DNA of 64,000 nucleotides from contig JBGANF010000026.1 of the NCBI GenBank assembly GCA_044222475.1, positions 11,776 through 75,775 on the forward strand. The letters are read 5' to 3'. The stretch's first letter is position 1, and every line of letters begins with the position of its first letter. Shown here piece by piece: positions 1 through 13,050 of this stretch. The notes beneath the pieces are model-generated. The model made no database searches and was not told the origin of the DNA. It worked only from the letters and a program-made list of their open reading frames with translations. The position numbers were made by a program, and so were the translations under genes. Source of the DNA: Polyangiaceae bacterium (GTDB lineage: Bacteria > Myxococcota_A > Polyangia > Polyangiales > Polyangiaceae).

Positions 1-578
1 GAGCCGGTGTCGATGCCGATCTCGCGCTGGCTGATGGAGGACTTGTCGTCGGTGTGGAGGAACTCGACCGGGTCCTCGATGGTGACGACGTGGAGCGCCT
101 GGGTGTGGTTCAGGTGCCCGATCATCGCTGCGAGCGTCGAGCTCTTGCCGTTGCCCGCCGCGCCGACGACCAGCACGAGCCCGCGGTCGCGCTCGGCGAG
201 GTACTGCGCCGGCGCCGGTACGCCGAGCTCCTCGAACGTGGGGATGATCAGCGGGATCGCGCGCATGACGATCGCGATCGAGCCCTTCTGCCGGTACACG
301 TTCACGCGGAAGCGGCCGACGCCGGGCGCTTCGTATGCGGTGTCGTGCTCGAGGAGCGCGTCGAGGTTCGCGCGCAGGTCCTCGCGGCGCACCAGGTGCC
401 GCGCGAGGTTCTCGGTGTCTTCGGGCTTGAGCGGCTCCGACCGGAAGTACACGATCTCGCCGCGGACGCGCGCGCCCGGTGGTTGACCGACCTTCAGGTG
501 GACGTCGCTCGCCTTGGCGGCGACGGCCTTCGAGAGGAGCTGCACCAGGAACGCTTCGTTCGCGTACGGGGAATCCAT
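1..578 (-). CDS. pilT: PilT/PilU-family type IV pilus retraction ATPase (5' part; runs off window)
   Basis: Manual translation (not in ORF track): MDSPYANEAFLVQLLSKAVAAKASDVHLKVGQPP...RGLVLVVGAAGNGKSSTLAAMIGHLN...VVTIEDPVEFLH...ISQREIGIDT. Shows the ASDxHL motif, Walker A and the Asp box. Confidence 0.9.
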   Translation of the reverse strand, partial: MDSPYANEAFLVQLLSKAVAAKASDVHLKVGQPPGARVRGEIVYFRSEPLKPEDTENLARHLVRREDLRANLDALLEHDTAYEAPGVGRFRVNVYRQKGSIAIVMRAIPLIIPTFEELGVPAPAQYLAERDRGLVLVVGAAGNGKSSTLAAMIGHLNHTQALHVVTIEDPVEFLHTDDKSSISQREIGIDTG

Positions 579-612
579 CGAGGATCGAGAGGATACCCCA
601 TCCGCACGGGCA

Positions 613-2436
613 TCAGTGGCCCGACGTCCCGCTCTGCCAGAGCGCCTTCGACCCGCTGTAGACGACGAGGTTTCCGTCGTTCTGGATCGCCAGGCGCGCC
701 CCTGCGTTTCCCGCCGTGGCCGCGTTGAACAGCGGCGTGGCGTCGCGGCGATAGAGCACGAAGTTCCCGTCGCCCTGCATCCATGCGGCGTAGCCCCCGA
801 GGACGTTCGTGTGCGTGTGCCAGAGCGGAGTGGTCCCCATGTACAGCACGAGGTTTCCGTCCGTCTGCATGACGAGCGCGAAACGACCGTCGCAGGATCC
901 GACTTGCTGGCCGGTCGCGAGCCCCTGCCCGCCGAGGAGCGCCCCGCACTGCGTCGGCCCGGTGGGGATCGTCACCTTCGCCGCCGTCCCGGTACCCCAT
1001 CGCACTGTACCATTTTGGTACACGACGAGGTCGCCGTCGTCGCGCACGGCGAGGTACCCACCAGGCATCCCATCGGTTGCGCTCGACCAGAGCGGCACCG
1101 CGTTCGCCCCGTACAGCACGAAGTTGCCGTCGCCCTGCATCACCGCCGCGTAGCCGAACTTCCCGTTCGTCGCGGTCGACCAAATCGGCGTCGCCAGCTC
1201 GTACAGGGCCAGGTTGCCGTCGCCCTGCATGACGAGGCGGAAGCGACCGTTGCAGGACGAGACGCCGTCGCCTGGGCCGAGGCCCTGCCCCGCGTCGACG
1301 CGACCACACGCCGTGGGCGGATCGGGGAGCGCGATCACCGGCAGGCTGTTCGGGAGTTGGTAGCCATCGGGCGGCAGCGCCGGCTTGACCGCGTCGAAGC
1401 TCGCTTGCTGCACGAGCCCGCGGAAGCACCCCGCGTACTTGTTCCGCGCGTTCACGAAGTCGAGACCGGAGGCGTCGCTCGCGACCGCGGTGTCGCTGTA
1501 GGTGCCCACGCCCGGCTGCCCGAGCGCACGCACCTTGGCGAGCTCGGCCCGGAGCGCGCCGCCCTTCGGCCCCCAGCAGTACGAGCCCTCCCAGTCTTTA
1601 CCCTTCAGGTACGACGCGCTCGTGCCCACGACCGTGATGGTGCGACCGCCGATGCCGGGGGCGATCTTCTCGATCGCGTTCGCGAAGTAGCCGATGCAGG
1701 CGATGCCGTTCGCGCAGTTTCGCCGGCCGGTGTCCGGGTTCACGCCGACCGCGCCGTTCACGAAGGCCTCGCTTGCGCCGAGGTACACCTCGGACGCGAA
1801 GACGCGGCAGAAATCGCGGCACGCGCGCAGCATGGTCGAGAACCCCTGGAGGTCGTCGACCATGTTGTACGAGTTGGCGTACACGATGACGCGCTGGCGG
1901 AGCCCGGGGTCGTTGTTCATGGCGTGGAGCTCGTCGGCGACGCGCTTCGCCGCCGGCATGCCGTCGTGGAGGCGTGCCGCCTTCACCGGCTCGAGCTCGT
2001 CGACTGCGACGTACGCGAACCCGTCCGCGACGGCGGCCTTCACGAACGCGGCGAGCCCCGCGCCCTCGGACGCGTTCGCGATCTCGTTCGGCGTCGCGTG
2101 GCGCGCGAGCACGCCGCCGTGCGCCTTCCAGTCGGCGGCCGCGGCCGACCACGCCGCGAGTGCGCCCGCGTCGACCGGCTTCGACGTCACGACGACGTTC
2201 TCGACGCCGGCGGCGATGAGCGCGGAGCTCGCAGTGGGGTGCGCGTCGATCGTCTTCGGGTCGGCGTCGGGCCGGTAGGGCTCACTCTGGAGCCAGCCGT
2301 AGTGGAGCGCGATCGGCTTCGACGTGCCGAGCTCGGAGTCGTCGCTCATGAGCTCGTCGCTCTCTGCGCCGCAGGCCAACGGCGACGCGGCGCCGAGGAG
2401 CGCGACGATCGCGAGGCCTTTCGAGAGCCAACCCAT
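613..2436 (-). CDS. Lipoprotein with unknown N-terminal domain and two C-terminal bulb-type (B) lectin domains
   Basis: Signal/lipobox (LLGAASPLAC); six QxDxNxVxY-like motifs (MQGDGNLALY, MQGDGNFVLY, VRDDGDLVVY, MQTDGNLVLY, MQGDGNFVLY, IQNDGNLVVY). Confidence 0.85.
   Translation of the reverse strand: MGWLSKGLAIVALLGAASPLACGAESDELMSDDSELGTSKPIALHYGWLQSEPYRPDADPKTIDAHPTASSALIAAGVENVVVTSKPVDAGALAAWSAAAADWKAHGGVLARHATPNEIANASEGAGLAAFVKAAVADGFAYVAVDELEPVKAARLHDGMPAAKRVADELHAMNNDPGLRQRVIVYANSYNMVDDLQGFSTMLRACRDFCRVFASEVYLGASEAFVNGAVGVNPDTGRRNCANGIACIGYFANAIEKIAPGIGGRTITVVGTSASYLKGKDWEGSYCWGPKGGALRAELAKVRALGQPGVGTYSDTAVASDASGLDFVNARNKYAGCFRGLVQQASFDAVKPALPPDGYQLPNSLPVIALPDPPTACGRVDAGQGLGPGDGVSSCNGRFRLVMQGDGNLALYELATPIWSTATNGKFGYAAVMQGDGNFVLYGANAVPLWSSATDGMPGGYLAVRDDGDLVVYQNGTVRWGTGTAAKVTIPTGPTQCGALLGGQGLATGQQVGSCDGRFALVMQTDGNLVLYMGTTPLWHTHTNVLGGYAAWMQGDGNFVLYRRDATPLFNAATAGNAGARLAIQNDGNLVVYSGSKALWQSGTSGH
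1007..1021. repeat. Dispersed palindrome GTMCC-N5-GGKAC, copy 1
   Basis: GTACC ATTTT GGTAC inside lectin CDS. Confidence 0.8.
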
Positions 2437-2535
2437 GGGCTCTCTCAGAGCATCTGCCGTGCCGACCCAAAATCGCACGATTCGCCGCGAAACTTCGGGT
2501 GCGATACGGATCGTTCGCGATCCGTCGGGCCTGGC

Positions 2536-3054
2536 TCAGCCCGGTCCGGCGTCCTTCGGGGGCGGGCACTGGGGTTGTTCGATCGTCCCGGAGAACGCGC
2601 CGCAGAGGTGCTTGCACGTGACGATGCCGTCGCAGGGGAAATCGAAGACGCCGTAGCCGGAGCATCCGGTGTCGCTGCGGGTCGAGATGCCGACGAGGTT
2701 GCCGCTCTTCGCGTCGAACCAATACGAGAACGGCGGCCCTTGGAACGAGTGGATCTCGACGAGCCCGCACGACTCGTGGCGCTCGACCCACACGCTCCCT
2801 CCCGGACACGGGTCGGTGGGCGCGAGGCCGGCGTAGAGCTTCTCGATCTCGGCGAGCGTCGGCCGGGGACCGCCGTAGCACTCGAACGGGCGTACCCAGC
2901 ACCCGGCGTCCTTCCCCTCGCACGCGCCGCCATCGCCCCCGTCGGGGACGAACGACCCGTCGGGGATGCTCGCGTCAGGTCCGGCGTCGCCGCTCTGGGC
3001 GACGCTGCCACCACATCCCACGAGCATCACGGCGACGTACAGCAAGCGTTTCAT
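2536..3054 (-). CDS. Cysteine-rich hypothetical lipoprotein
   Basis: MKRLLYVAVMLVGCGG lipobox; DAG low-complexity linkers; multiple Cys. Confidence 0.75.
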   Translation of the reverse strand: MKRLLYVAVMLVGCGGSVAQSGDAGPDASIPDGSFVPDGGDGGACEGKDAGCWVRPFECYGGPRPTLAEIEKLYAGLAPTDPCPGGSVWVERHESCGLVEIHSFQGPPFSYWFDAKSGNLVGISTRSDTGCSGYGVFDFPCDGIVTCKHLCGAFSGTIEQPQCPPPKDAGPG

Positions 3055-3268
3055 GCGTCGCCAGTGTAGCGCGCGTGGAGGCACGAGAGGACGACCCGAC
3101 GAGGTTGCCTCCGCTCATGCGGTCGCTGCTGGCGGTGGCGACTTCGATGCTCGCGGAGACGCTCGTTCCGGTGCTCGACTCGATCACCCAAGATGCCCCG
3201 CGACCTCGAGGCGTCTACCGGGCTGCCAGAACCCGCGTGCGCGCAGCCGATGTGCGACTGCCAAGGAG

Positions 3269-3805
3269 TCACTGAGTGATGTACTTCCTCAGGAGTTGGT
3301 CGACGGCGGCGTCGTCAGCGACGCTTTCGATCGCGTACGGAGGTTCGGTGAGGTCTCCGAACGTGCCGCGCAGGTTGTCGACGTAGAGGAGGAAGCGCGC
3401 GCGCTTCCTCGGTAGCGGCTCGGTGAAGTCGATGAACGTGAGCGTCGCGTCGACGAAGCTGCGATACACGCCCCGATCGACCAGATGGCGCACCTTCTCG
3501 AATGCGGCGTAGCCGGCGGGCGTGATCGTGACGACGACCCGGCGACGGTCGCCGTCGCTCCGACGGCGCGCGACGAAGCCACGCTTCTCCAACCGCCGAA
3601 GCATGACGGCGACGGTGGCGCGCGAAACCCCGAGGCGGGCGCGAAGGTCGCGTTGATAGACGACGCCATGCTGACGAAGCGTCGCGCGATGGCACACGAA
3701 GAGGTCCATCCGAGCGGCAGTTAGGTTCCACCGAGCCAGATGGCGATTGGCGTGAGTGGTGTACGAGAGGTGTGCGCGCTTGTTGCAGAACAGGAGCCGG
3801 TCCAT
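3269..3805 (-). CDS. MarR-family transcriptional regulator
   Basis: wHTH QRDLRARLGVSRATVAVMLRRLEKRGFV and wing motif DGDRRRVVVTIT. Confidence 0.85.
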   Translation of the reverse strand: MDRLLFCNKRAHLSYTTHANRHLARWNLTAARMDLFVCHRATLRQHGVVYQRDLRARLGVSRATVAVMLRRLEKRGFVARRRSDGDRRRVVVTITPAGYAAFEKVRHLVDRGVYRSFVDATLTFIDFTEPLPRKRARFLLYVDNLRGTFGDLTEPPYAIESVADDAAVDQLLRKYITQ

Positions 3806-3966
3806 GAACCGGCCTTCGCATCATTCATTCCAACGACGCGCTCCAACGAAATCAACGACTTCGAAGGATGGAGCAGTGGCGCGCCACGGCGAGCGCCACC
3901 ACCGCGCCACTTGCGGGAGATGGGAGCCGGCTATCCATTCTGGCTGCACCGATGGGACCGCCGACG

Positions 3967-3979
3967 ATTGTTAGTCGGC
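3967..3979 (+). repeat. Dispersed motif ATTGTTAGYCGGC copy (intergenic)
   Basis: ATTGTTAGTCGGC; related copies at 9406, 9454, 29411-29423 (reverse) and 7695. Confidence 0.55.
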
Positions 3980-4032
3980 AGCCAAGCGGCGGCGGGCGGC
4001 TCGCCAGGCGGCGGCCTCCTTCGGGGCGCGGT

Positions 4033-8193
<4,161 letters not shown>

Positions 8194-8356
8194 GCGTGCT
8201 CGGGAGGGTACGCCCGAGCGAGGTCCCCGGTTTCGCCGGGTCGGACGTCGAGGAGGATACGGGAAGGAGGGTAAATGTGGGAGAAAACGTCCGAATCGCC
8301 GGCGGAGCGGTCGTGTGTCCGCTTCAAGCGCCCCCCACGTCGGTGCGTGGGTCTGC

Positions 8357-8385
8357 TTGACAAGGACGTCTCCTTTCGGCACTTT
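8357..8385 (+). promoter_or_regulatory. Putative sigma70 promoter of tRNA-Phe
   Basis: TTGACA (8357-8362), 17 nt, CACTTT (8380-8385), 12 nt upstream of the tRNA. Confidence 0.5.
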
Positions 8386-8397
8386 CCGCGCGGCTTC

Positions 8398-8470
8398 GCC
8401 CAGGTAGCTCAGTTGGTAGAGCAGGGGATTGAAAATCCCCGTGTCGGCGGTTCGATTCCGTCCCTGGGCA
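8398..8470 (+). tRNA. tRNA-Phe (GAA), CCA not encoded
   Basis: Acceptor GCCCAGG/CCTGGGC, D arm TAGCTCAGTTGGTAGAGC, anticodon arm GGGGA-TTGAAAA-TCCCC, T loop GGTTCGATTCC. Confidence 0.97.
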
Positions 8471-8484
8471 CTGCGGTCCCCCCT

Positions 8485-8520
8485 CCCGTGCCCGTGAACG
8501 TGCCCGTGCCCGTGCCCGAT
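8485..8520. repeat. Imperfect (CCCGTG)n hexamer tract downstream of tRNA-Phe
   Basis: cccgtgcccgtgaacgtgcccgtgcccgtgcccgat. Confidence 0.7.
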
Positions 8521-8551
8521 CGATGAGGCTGACCGACTCGTGAACGCGTCC

Positions 8552-8944
8552 TCAGCGGTTCGCTAACGAGTAAATCGTCAACACGATCTCTCCGCGCAGG
8601 TCGGCCACGCGCCGAAGCGTGCGCGCCTTGATGAGAGCCCTGTAGATCCCGCGATGTGCGGCTTCGATGCCGACGTCGAAGTGGCGATGGGTCGCTCGGT
8701 CCCAGACTCGGCGCGGGGCCGGTGGAAGCGCTTCCACGAGACGTGCAAAGCCGGCGATGCAGGCGTCGGGCGTGAGGTACCGCGAGAACTCGAAGAGCTC
8801 CATCGACGCATGATGGAACCCGCGTGCGCGGCGTTGGTGGAGAACGACGACGTTCGCGTCGAGCGCCGCAAGGAGCGGGCCGAGATCGTGACGAGACTTC
8901 AACCGGAGGTCGACGTTGAGGAACGCGGTGCGGACGCGGGTCAA
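8552..8944 (-). CDS. Hypothetical protein
   Basis: 130-aa ORF with protein-like composition; start overlaps upstream stop (4-nt overlap). Confidence 0.65.
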   Translation of the reverse strand: MTRVRTAFLNVDLRLKSRHDLGPLLAALDANVVVLHQRRARGFHHASMELFEFSRYLTPDACIAGFARLVEALPPAPRRVWDRATHRHFDVGIEAAHRGIYRALIKARTLRRVADLRGEIVLTIYSLANR

Positions 8945-9306
8945 ATGGTGATGCTCGGCAGTCCGTTCACGTGAATCGAGAACGACTCGTACTGAGGGGT
9001 GTCATCGAAGACGGTGAGGCGGTAGCCGGGGTCGAACACGAGGGTGAACGACTTCGGCGCGTCGATCTCGAAGCGCGCGACCGGAAGGTCGATGACGCGA
9101 TGAATCCGGTAGCCGTCCCGCGATGCGTGCTCCTGCTCCCGATCGACGAGGTCACCGTCAGGATCCCTGAGCTCCCATCGACCCTCGATGAAGATGCTGC
9201 CCACGCCAGCGAAATGGAGCTGCGTTTGAAACCGCCCCAGAGCGATCTGGTTGAGCTCGTGGCCTACGAACCGAGCTAGTGGAAGGTCAGACGGAACGCC
9301 GTGCAT
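8941..9306 (-). CDS. Hypothetical small beta-rich protein
   Basis: 121-aa ORF with GC-biased third positions; ends ...LTVFDDTPQYESFSI. Confidence 0.7.
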   Translation of the reverse strand: MHGVPSDLPLARFVGHELNQIALGRFQTQLHFAGVGSIFIEGRWELRDPDGDLVDREQEHASRDGYRIHRVIDLPVARFEIDAPKSFTLVFDPGYRLTVFDDTPQYESFSIHVNGLPSITI

Positions 9307-9405
9307 GACGCCTCGATGATGCGCACTCGGACGGCCAGGGTCACGCTTCCCGACGAATCAAACCGCGTTTCTCGAAATCGCGCGGGGGAGAGGGGGTCGC
9401 CCCGG

Positions 9406-9473
9406 ATTGTTAGCCGGCGTACGCTTGGACGCAGTCCTGCAGGGGTCTCTGGAATTGTTAGCCGGCAGACGTC
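9406..9473 (+). repeat. Tandem copies (48-nt period) of motif ATTGTTAGCCGGC
   Basis: ATTGTTAGCCGGC at 9406 and 9454, each followed by ...GGACGCAG; 9452-9473 is an exact reverse complement of 29404-29425. Confidence 0.75.
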
Positions 9474-9500
9474 GGACGCAGGGCCTGGTCCCCCGAATCG

Positions 9501-10250
9501 TCAGCCGACGAGGCGAACGCGAAGGGCGGCCGCTTCGACGCCCGTCGGACCTCCCGACCCACCGGCAACGACGAGACCGGTCGATTCGACGCGCACCACC
9601 ACCGCGGTCGGGGTGCCCTGCCCTCCCGCAGCGGCAACCTGATCGAGGATCGCCGCGACGCACTCGCGCGGGCAGCTGCCGTGAACCCGCAGCGTCCCCT
9701 TGAGCGCGGCTTCTCCGAGCGCGCCCCAGACTGGGTCGTTGATCAGCGCGAAGACGTCCGCGACCTCGGCCGTCGTGGTCATCGTGTCGACCTCGACCGT
9801 GGCCTTCATGCCGAGCGTGCGGACGAGGACGGTCTTGTGTGGGAAATTCTCGACCTCTTCGGGCGTCAACGCCACGACTTCGAGATAGAACGCGAGCAAC
9901 GTGTGCGCCGGCGCGAGCAACTCGAGCGCGCCCGAACGAAGACGAACCACCCGCACGTCGCCCACCCACGCCACGCTCGCGCGCGCGTTCGCGACGGCGA
10001 GCGCCGCCACGGCACACCCGGCCCCGCGAAGCGCCGGCGCTTCCGCGGCCTTCACCACCGCAGCGTTCGCGGCCTCGATCGCGCGCACGAGATCGTTCGA
10101 CTGGGCGAGCTCGGTCTCGATCGTCGAGAGCGCGACCTGCGCCACCGCCTCCCCGCTCCCGCGACCGCCCATCGGGTCGATCACCACCGCTACGGCGTCG
10201 CGAATCAGGTACCGCTCGCCCCCGCCCGACATGGGCCAATCGTAGCCCAC
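9501..10250 (-). CDS. PP2C/PPM-family phosphatase-like protein with degenerate metal-binding motifs (alternative ATG start at 10232)
   Basis: IDPMGG (cf. ADGMGG), WVGDVR (cf. VGDSR), HTL...PHKTVLVRTLG, INDPVW (cf. CSDGL), GGQGTPT (cf. GGxDNiT). Confidence 0.75.
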   Translation of the reverse strand: MGYDWPMSGGGERYLIRDAVAVVIDPMGGRGSGEAVAQVALSTIETELAQSNDLVRAIEAANAAVVKAAEAPALRGAGCAVAALAVANARASVAWVGDVRVVRLRSGALELLAPAHTLLAFYLEVVALTPEEVENFPHKTVLVRTLGMKATVEVDTMTTTAEVADVFALINDPVWGALGEAALKGTLRVHGSCPRECVAAILDQVAAAGGQGTPTAVVVRVESTGLVVAGGSGGPTGVEAAALRVRLVG

Positions 10251-10471
10251 GGAAAAAAATGTTCAGTCGTTTGAATGTGGGCAAACGTCGGGGCTACCCA
10301 ATGCTCGCCGTAACGCGAAAGGCGATGCGCTCCGGGGGGCACTCGGGCGCAGTCGCGCGCTCGCCTTACGACGTAAGTGACCGCAGAGGTGGCGTACCAG
10401 CCTGAACCTCGGCGGATGGGCTCGTCTTTCACACTGAACGTACAGCGTACGTTCCACTTCCGGGGTCTTCC

Positions 10472-10939
10472 ATGCGCCTTTCGATCCGATTCGCCGTCGC
10501 CCTCGTCCTCTGCCCCACCCTCGGTGCGTGCGCCATGGGCGCCACGTCGCTCACGCCGCCGCTCAACAAGGACGGCGGCGCCGACTCGGCGGTCAAGGAC
10601 GCCGGCACCAAGGACTCCGCCGCGAGCGACGCGAACGTCACGCCCGAAGCGGACATCCCCGACCAGATCGTCACGACCTGCAAGCTCCAGAACAGCTTCG
10701 GCAGTCCGTCGTGCGACAGCTGCATGGAGCAATCGTGCTGCGCCGAGACGAACGGCTGCATGGGCAGCTCGCAGTGCTCGAGCTTCCTCGGCTGTCTCTC
10801 CAACTGCGTCGACGGCGACGGCGGGATCGATCAGAACTGCGCGAACGGGTGCGCCTCGCAGAACCCGACCGGCGCGAACCAGTACGACAGCATGGTCTCG
10901 TGCGGCGACAGCTTCTGCCGCAATCAATGCTTCCAGTGA
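10472..10939 (+). CDS. Cysteine-rich lipoprotein
   Basis: Lipobox LGAC; CDSCMEQSCC...C...C...CLSNC cluster. Confidence 0.75.
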   Translation: MRLSIRFAVALVLCPTLGACAMGATSLTPPLNKDGGADSAVKDAGTKDSAASDANVTPEADIPDQIVTTCKLQNSFGSPSCDSCMEQSCCAETNGCMGSSQCSSFLGCLSNCVDGDGGIDQNCANGCASQNPTGANQYDSMVSCGDSFCRNQCFQ

Positions 10940-10949
10940 CTGACGCCGC

Positions 10950-11999
10950 TCAGTTCACTGCTTCCGGAGCATGCTCCGCGCCTCGGCGCATGCTCCTCAC
11001 TTCGTGCAGCCGCGCCACGAGCGCGGGGTCGTGTCCGTTGCTCGCGAGGAGTTGCATGAGATAGCCCTCGGCCGCGTTCAGATCACCGGCCGCGAGCAGC
11101 ACGTGCAGCGCGACGTCGACGCTGGGCGCGAAGCCCGCCGGCATCGTTCCGAGCGTGGCCAGCGCGGAGCGCGCGTCCCCGTCGAGGCACTGCCCCATCG
11201 CGAGGACCTCGGTCGCATACGCGAACAGATGCGGCGTCTTCGCCTGGCGCCGCGCCTCGATCGCTGCTTGGATCATCGAGCGACCGTCGCGCGCGGCGAG
11301 CCAGCGCGGATAGTCCGTCGACAGCGACTTCTCGATCGACACGTCACCGCGAGTGGCCAGGTGAGCGCGCAGCCCGCGCACGTTGATCATCGCGAAGTTG
11401 GCGAACAGGATCAGGTTCCACAGGCTGCGTCCTCCACCCAGGAAGAGCATCACCGCGCCGAGCCCCGCGAGCATCAGCAGCGACACGATGCGCGCGATGA
11501 GCTCGCCGTCGCCCTTGAACAGCTTGATGAACGAACGGAGCGCGTTGCCGCCGTCGAGCGGGAGGATCGGGAACAGGTTGAAGAAGCCCCAGAAGATGTT
11601 CGCGAACAGGACGTCGTTGATGGCGGAGTCGGCGAGGCTGCCGTCCGGCACGTGGATGAACAACGACGCCACGTAGGTCGTGAACCCGAGCACCAAACTG
11701 ACCGACGGACCCGCGAGGCTGACGACGAACGATTTCCCCGGCGTGAGGTTCCGCCCGCTCGGCCAATACGTCATTCCGCCCATGCCGCCCAGCTCGATCG
11801 CGGGATCGAGCCCGAACGCCTTGCCGGCGAACGCGTGCCCGAGCTCGTGCGCCAGGATCGACACGAACACGATGGCGACCCAGATCGCGAGCGCCGCAGG
11901 GTTGGACCCGCCGCCGAGACCGAGGATGACGGCGAGGATCAGAAACGAGGCCCGCACCCGCACGGGGAACCCGAAGATCTTGAAATGCGGGGGATCCAT
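10950..11999 (-). CDS. Site-2 protease (peptidase M50) family protein
   Basis: HELGH, VSLAGP, FNLFPILPLDGG; multiple TM segments. Confidence 0.92.
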   Translation of the reverse strand: MDPPHFKIFGFPVRVRASFLILAVILGLGGGSNPAALAIWVAIVFVSILAHELGHAFAGKAFGLDPAIELGGMGGMTYWPSGRNLTPGKSFVVSLAGPSVSLVLGFTTYVASLFIHVPDGSLADSAINDVLFANIFWGFFNLFPILPLDGGNALRSFIKLFKGDGELIARIVSLLMLAGLGAVMLFLGGGRSLWNLILFANFAMINVRGLRAHLATRGDVSIEKSLSTDYPRWLAARDGRSMIQAAIEARRQAKTPHLFAYATEVLAMGQCLDGDARSALATLGTMPAGFAPSVDVALHVLLAAGDLNAAEGYLMQLLASNGHDPALVARLHEVRSMRRGAEHAPEAVN

Positions 12000-12038
12000 G
12001 TGGGGTAACTTCGTGCCGATGCACGATTCCTGCAAGGC

Positions 12039-12917
12039 CTAATCCGAACGGAGTGCATCCACGAGCGCGGCGACACGCGGCGAACCGCGATGCTCGACCC
12101 GCCAAATCGCCCACACGCCGACCGGACCGCTGGCCCATGCCGGGAGAACACGACGCAACGCCCCGACGGCGAGATCGTCCCCGACGAGCCACGGAGGGAG
12201 GAGCGCGACGCCGAGCCCCGCGAGCGCCGCCTCGCGCAGCGCGCCGGGCGCGCTCGATCGAAACGGGCCCCTCACCGTGACGTCGCACGATCGATCGGGG
12301 CCCACCAGGGTCCACTTCGAGTACGGCCCCGAGCGACCGACCTGGACGAGGCAGTCATGCTCTGCGAGGACCGCCGGATCCCTCGGGGTCCTTCGCTTGC
12401 GGAGGTAGGACGGCGCAGCGACGAGCACCCGGTCGAACTCGATGAGCCGCTGCGCGATGAGCCCCGCGGAGTCCGGCGGGCGCACGCCGCCACGCACCGC
12501 GACGTCGATCCCGTCCGCCAAGAGATCGACGAGGTCGTCCTCCAAGCGAAGCTCGACGACGAGATCGCGGTGACGCTGATGCAGCGACAGCAGCCTGGGC
12601 AAGAGCCAGCGCTGTCCGAGCGTGACGCCGGCGCTCACGACGAGCGTGCCGCGCACGCCGTGCTCGACGACGCTCTCTCTCGCCTCGTCGACGTCGCGGA
12701 GGATCCGAACGGCGCGCTCGTAGAACGCGCGACCGCGCTCGGTCACGCTGAGCCGACGAGTCGAGCGGAGCACGAGCGGCGCCCCCAGCTCGCGCTCGAG
12801 CTCGGCGAGCTGACGGCTGATCGCCGGCAGTGAAAGCTTCTGCGCCCGCGCCGCCGCCGAGAGGCTGCCGAGCTCCACGATGCGCACGAAGCTCGCCAGC
12901 TGGACCAGGAGGTTCAC
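12039..12917 (-). CDS. LysR-family transcriptional regulator
   Basis: GSLSAAARAQKLSLPAISRQLAELERELGAPLVLRSTRRLSVTERG; divergent from SDR gene. Confidence 0.93.
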   Translation of the reverse strand: MNLLVQLASFVRIVELGSLSAAARAQKLSLPAISRQLAELERELGAPLVLRSTRRLSVTERGRAFYERAVRILRDVDEARESVVEHGVRGTLVVSAGVTLGQRWLLPRLLSLHQRHRDLVVELRLEDDLVDLLADGIDVAVRGGVRPPDSAGLIAQRLIEFDRVLVAAPSYLRKRRTPRDPAVLAEHDCLVQVGRSGPYSKWTLVGPDRSCDVTVRGPFRSSAPGALREAALAGLGVALLPPWLVGDDLAVGALRRVLPAWASGPVGVWAIWRVEHRGSPRVAALVDALRSD

Positions 12918-13050
12918 GGAGCGAGCGTGGTCGATTCTTTACAGATACGCAAGAGTCTCTCCGCGGGCGAGCACCTACCGGAGGCGCGTCGCCGGTGTGA
13001 TGGATGGGCATCGAGCGCGACGTACCGCGCGATCGAAAGGAAGTCCTCCC

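Noticed and set aside
8398..9500. Integrative element at tRNA-Phe (or tRNA-Leu)
   Set aside because: No integrase and no duplicated tRNA 3' end seen in the window.
9400..9510. Possible mini-CRISPR from spaced direct repeats
   Set aside because: Only 13-nt cores, 2-3 copies, partly similar spacers and no cas genes.
10255..10400. Possible c-di-GMP riboswitch or LexA box
   Set aside because: GGGCAAAC and GAAA are present but the stems do not fit; GTTCAG half-sites lack a matching partner.
12936..12955. LysR T-N11-A box between lysR and SDR
   Set aside because: Plausible position but dyad symmetry too weak to call.
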